NCBI GenBank assembly: GCA_030537935.1
Contig: JAUNUY010000005.1
Span: 8,347-72,346 of the forward strand
DNA length: 64,000 nucleotides
DNA from: Eubacteriales bacterium
Lineage (GTDB): Bacteria; Bacillota; Clostridia; Lachnospirales; Lachnospiraceae
Reading direction: 5' to 3'
The notes beneath the pieces are model-generated. The model did not search any database, was not told the origin of the DNA, and was given only the letters and a program-made list of their open reading frames with translations. This document shows positions 63,887 through 64,000 of the stretch, piece after piece. Made by a program: the position numbers and the translations under genes. Within the stretch, counting starts at the first letter, position 1. The number at the start of each line of letters is the position of its first letter.

Positions 63887-64000
63887 ATGAAGGTGAAATA
63901 CTGGGGAAAGCGACAAAAGCAGTTCATGGACAATATCAAAAAAAATGATATCAAGTTGGCCCAGAAGATGGGCCGCATGTATAACGGGGAATGTAAGCGG
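63887..64000 (+). CDS. Partial ORF, possibly phage-related (runs off the window)
   Basis: AAGGGAGG RBS. MKVKYWGKRQKQFMDNIKKNDIKLAQKMGRMYNGECKR. Only 38 codons are visible. Confidence 0.35.
   Translation, partial: MKVKYWGKRQKQFMDNIKKNDIKLAQKMGRMYNGECKR

Larger units (their letters stand above)
58250..64000. mobile_element. AT-rich prophage/genomic-island remnant (continues beyond the window)
   Basis: Composition drops near 58250. Contents: a possible integrase N-terminal remnant (58450..58610, minus strand), an FxLYD protein, an Abi_2 gene, a cI-like/DUF739 switch, three XRE paralogues and a phage-like ORF at the window edge. Confidence 0.5.

Noticed and set aside
1-64000. Search for rRNA, tRNA, CRISPR arrays, IS elements with terminal inverted repeats, and multi-gene defence systems
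   Set aside because: I found no regularly spaced direct repeats with unique spacers, no cloverleaf-like tRNA candidates in the intergenic regions, and no transposase ORFs. The only recognisable defence gene is the single Abi_2 ORF.

Overview
This is a 64-kb chromosomal window from a Gram-positive (Bacillota-type) genome. Supporting signs are strong GGAGG ribosome-binding sites, an L-box, an L10 leader and LxGC lipoboxes. The backbone is moderately GC-rich, with two visibly AT-rich accessory segments.

Backbone, left to right:
- a partial RCK-type K+ channel, SSF and MATE transporters, and transglutaminase-like and EndoIII-like genes
- an AraC / MBL-hydrolase gene pair; an 877-bp part of it is directly repeated on both sides of a decayed AT-rich mobilizable element
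- a tandem array of four full and one truncated paralogous lipoproteins of unknown function
- two SAM methyltransferases, an SdpI/DUF1648-like membrane protein and an orphan XRE/ImmA pair
- an L-box-controlled lysA-dapA-dapB-ddh operon
- a heme-acquisition locus: a Shp-like protein, two NEAT-like surface proteins and an ABC importer
- dinB, then rplJ-rplL with their leader, then glpK-dut
- a hemC-like / deoC / ascorbate-type PTS operon
- a his operon with fused hisZ-hisG and no hisH
- an aldo/keto reductase, an alcohol dehydrogenase, a two-domain PPK2 and a flavodoxin

Accessory segments:
- 7272..12249: frameshifted large serine recombinase, XRE regulator, secreted staphopain-like C47 protease, DUF3847-like protein, oriT-like palindromes and a truncated MobA/L relaxase.
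- From about 58.25 kb to the window end: a prophage/island remnant with an Abi_2 abortive-infection gene, a cI/Cro-like switch, three tandem XRE paralogues and small hydrophobic ORFs.

I saw no rRNA, tRNA or CRISPR array. All homology calls come from recognising motifs by eye in the supplied translations; no searches were run. I found no clear, complete novel multi-gene system. The most unusual items are the repeat-flanked element, the lipoprotein array, the Met-rich NEAT-like heme modules and the XRE array.
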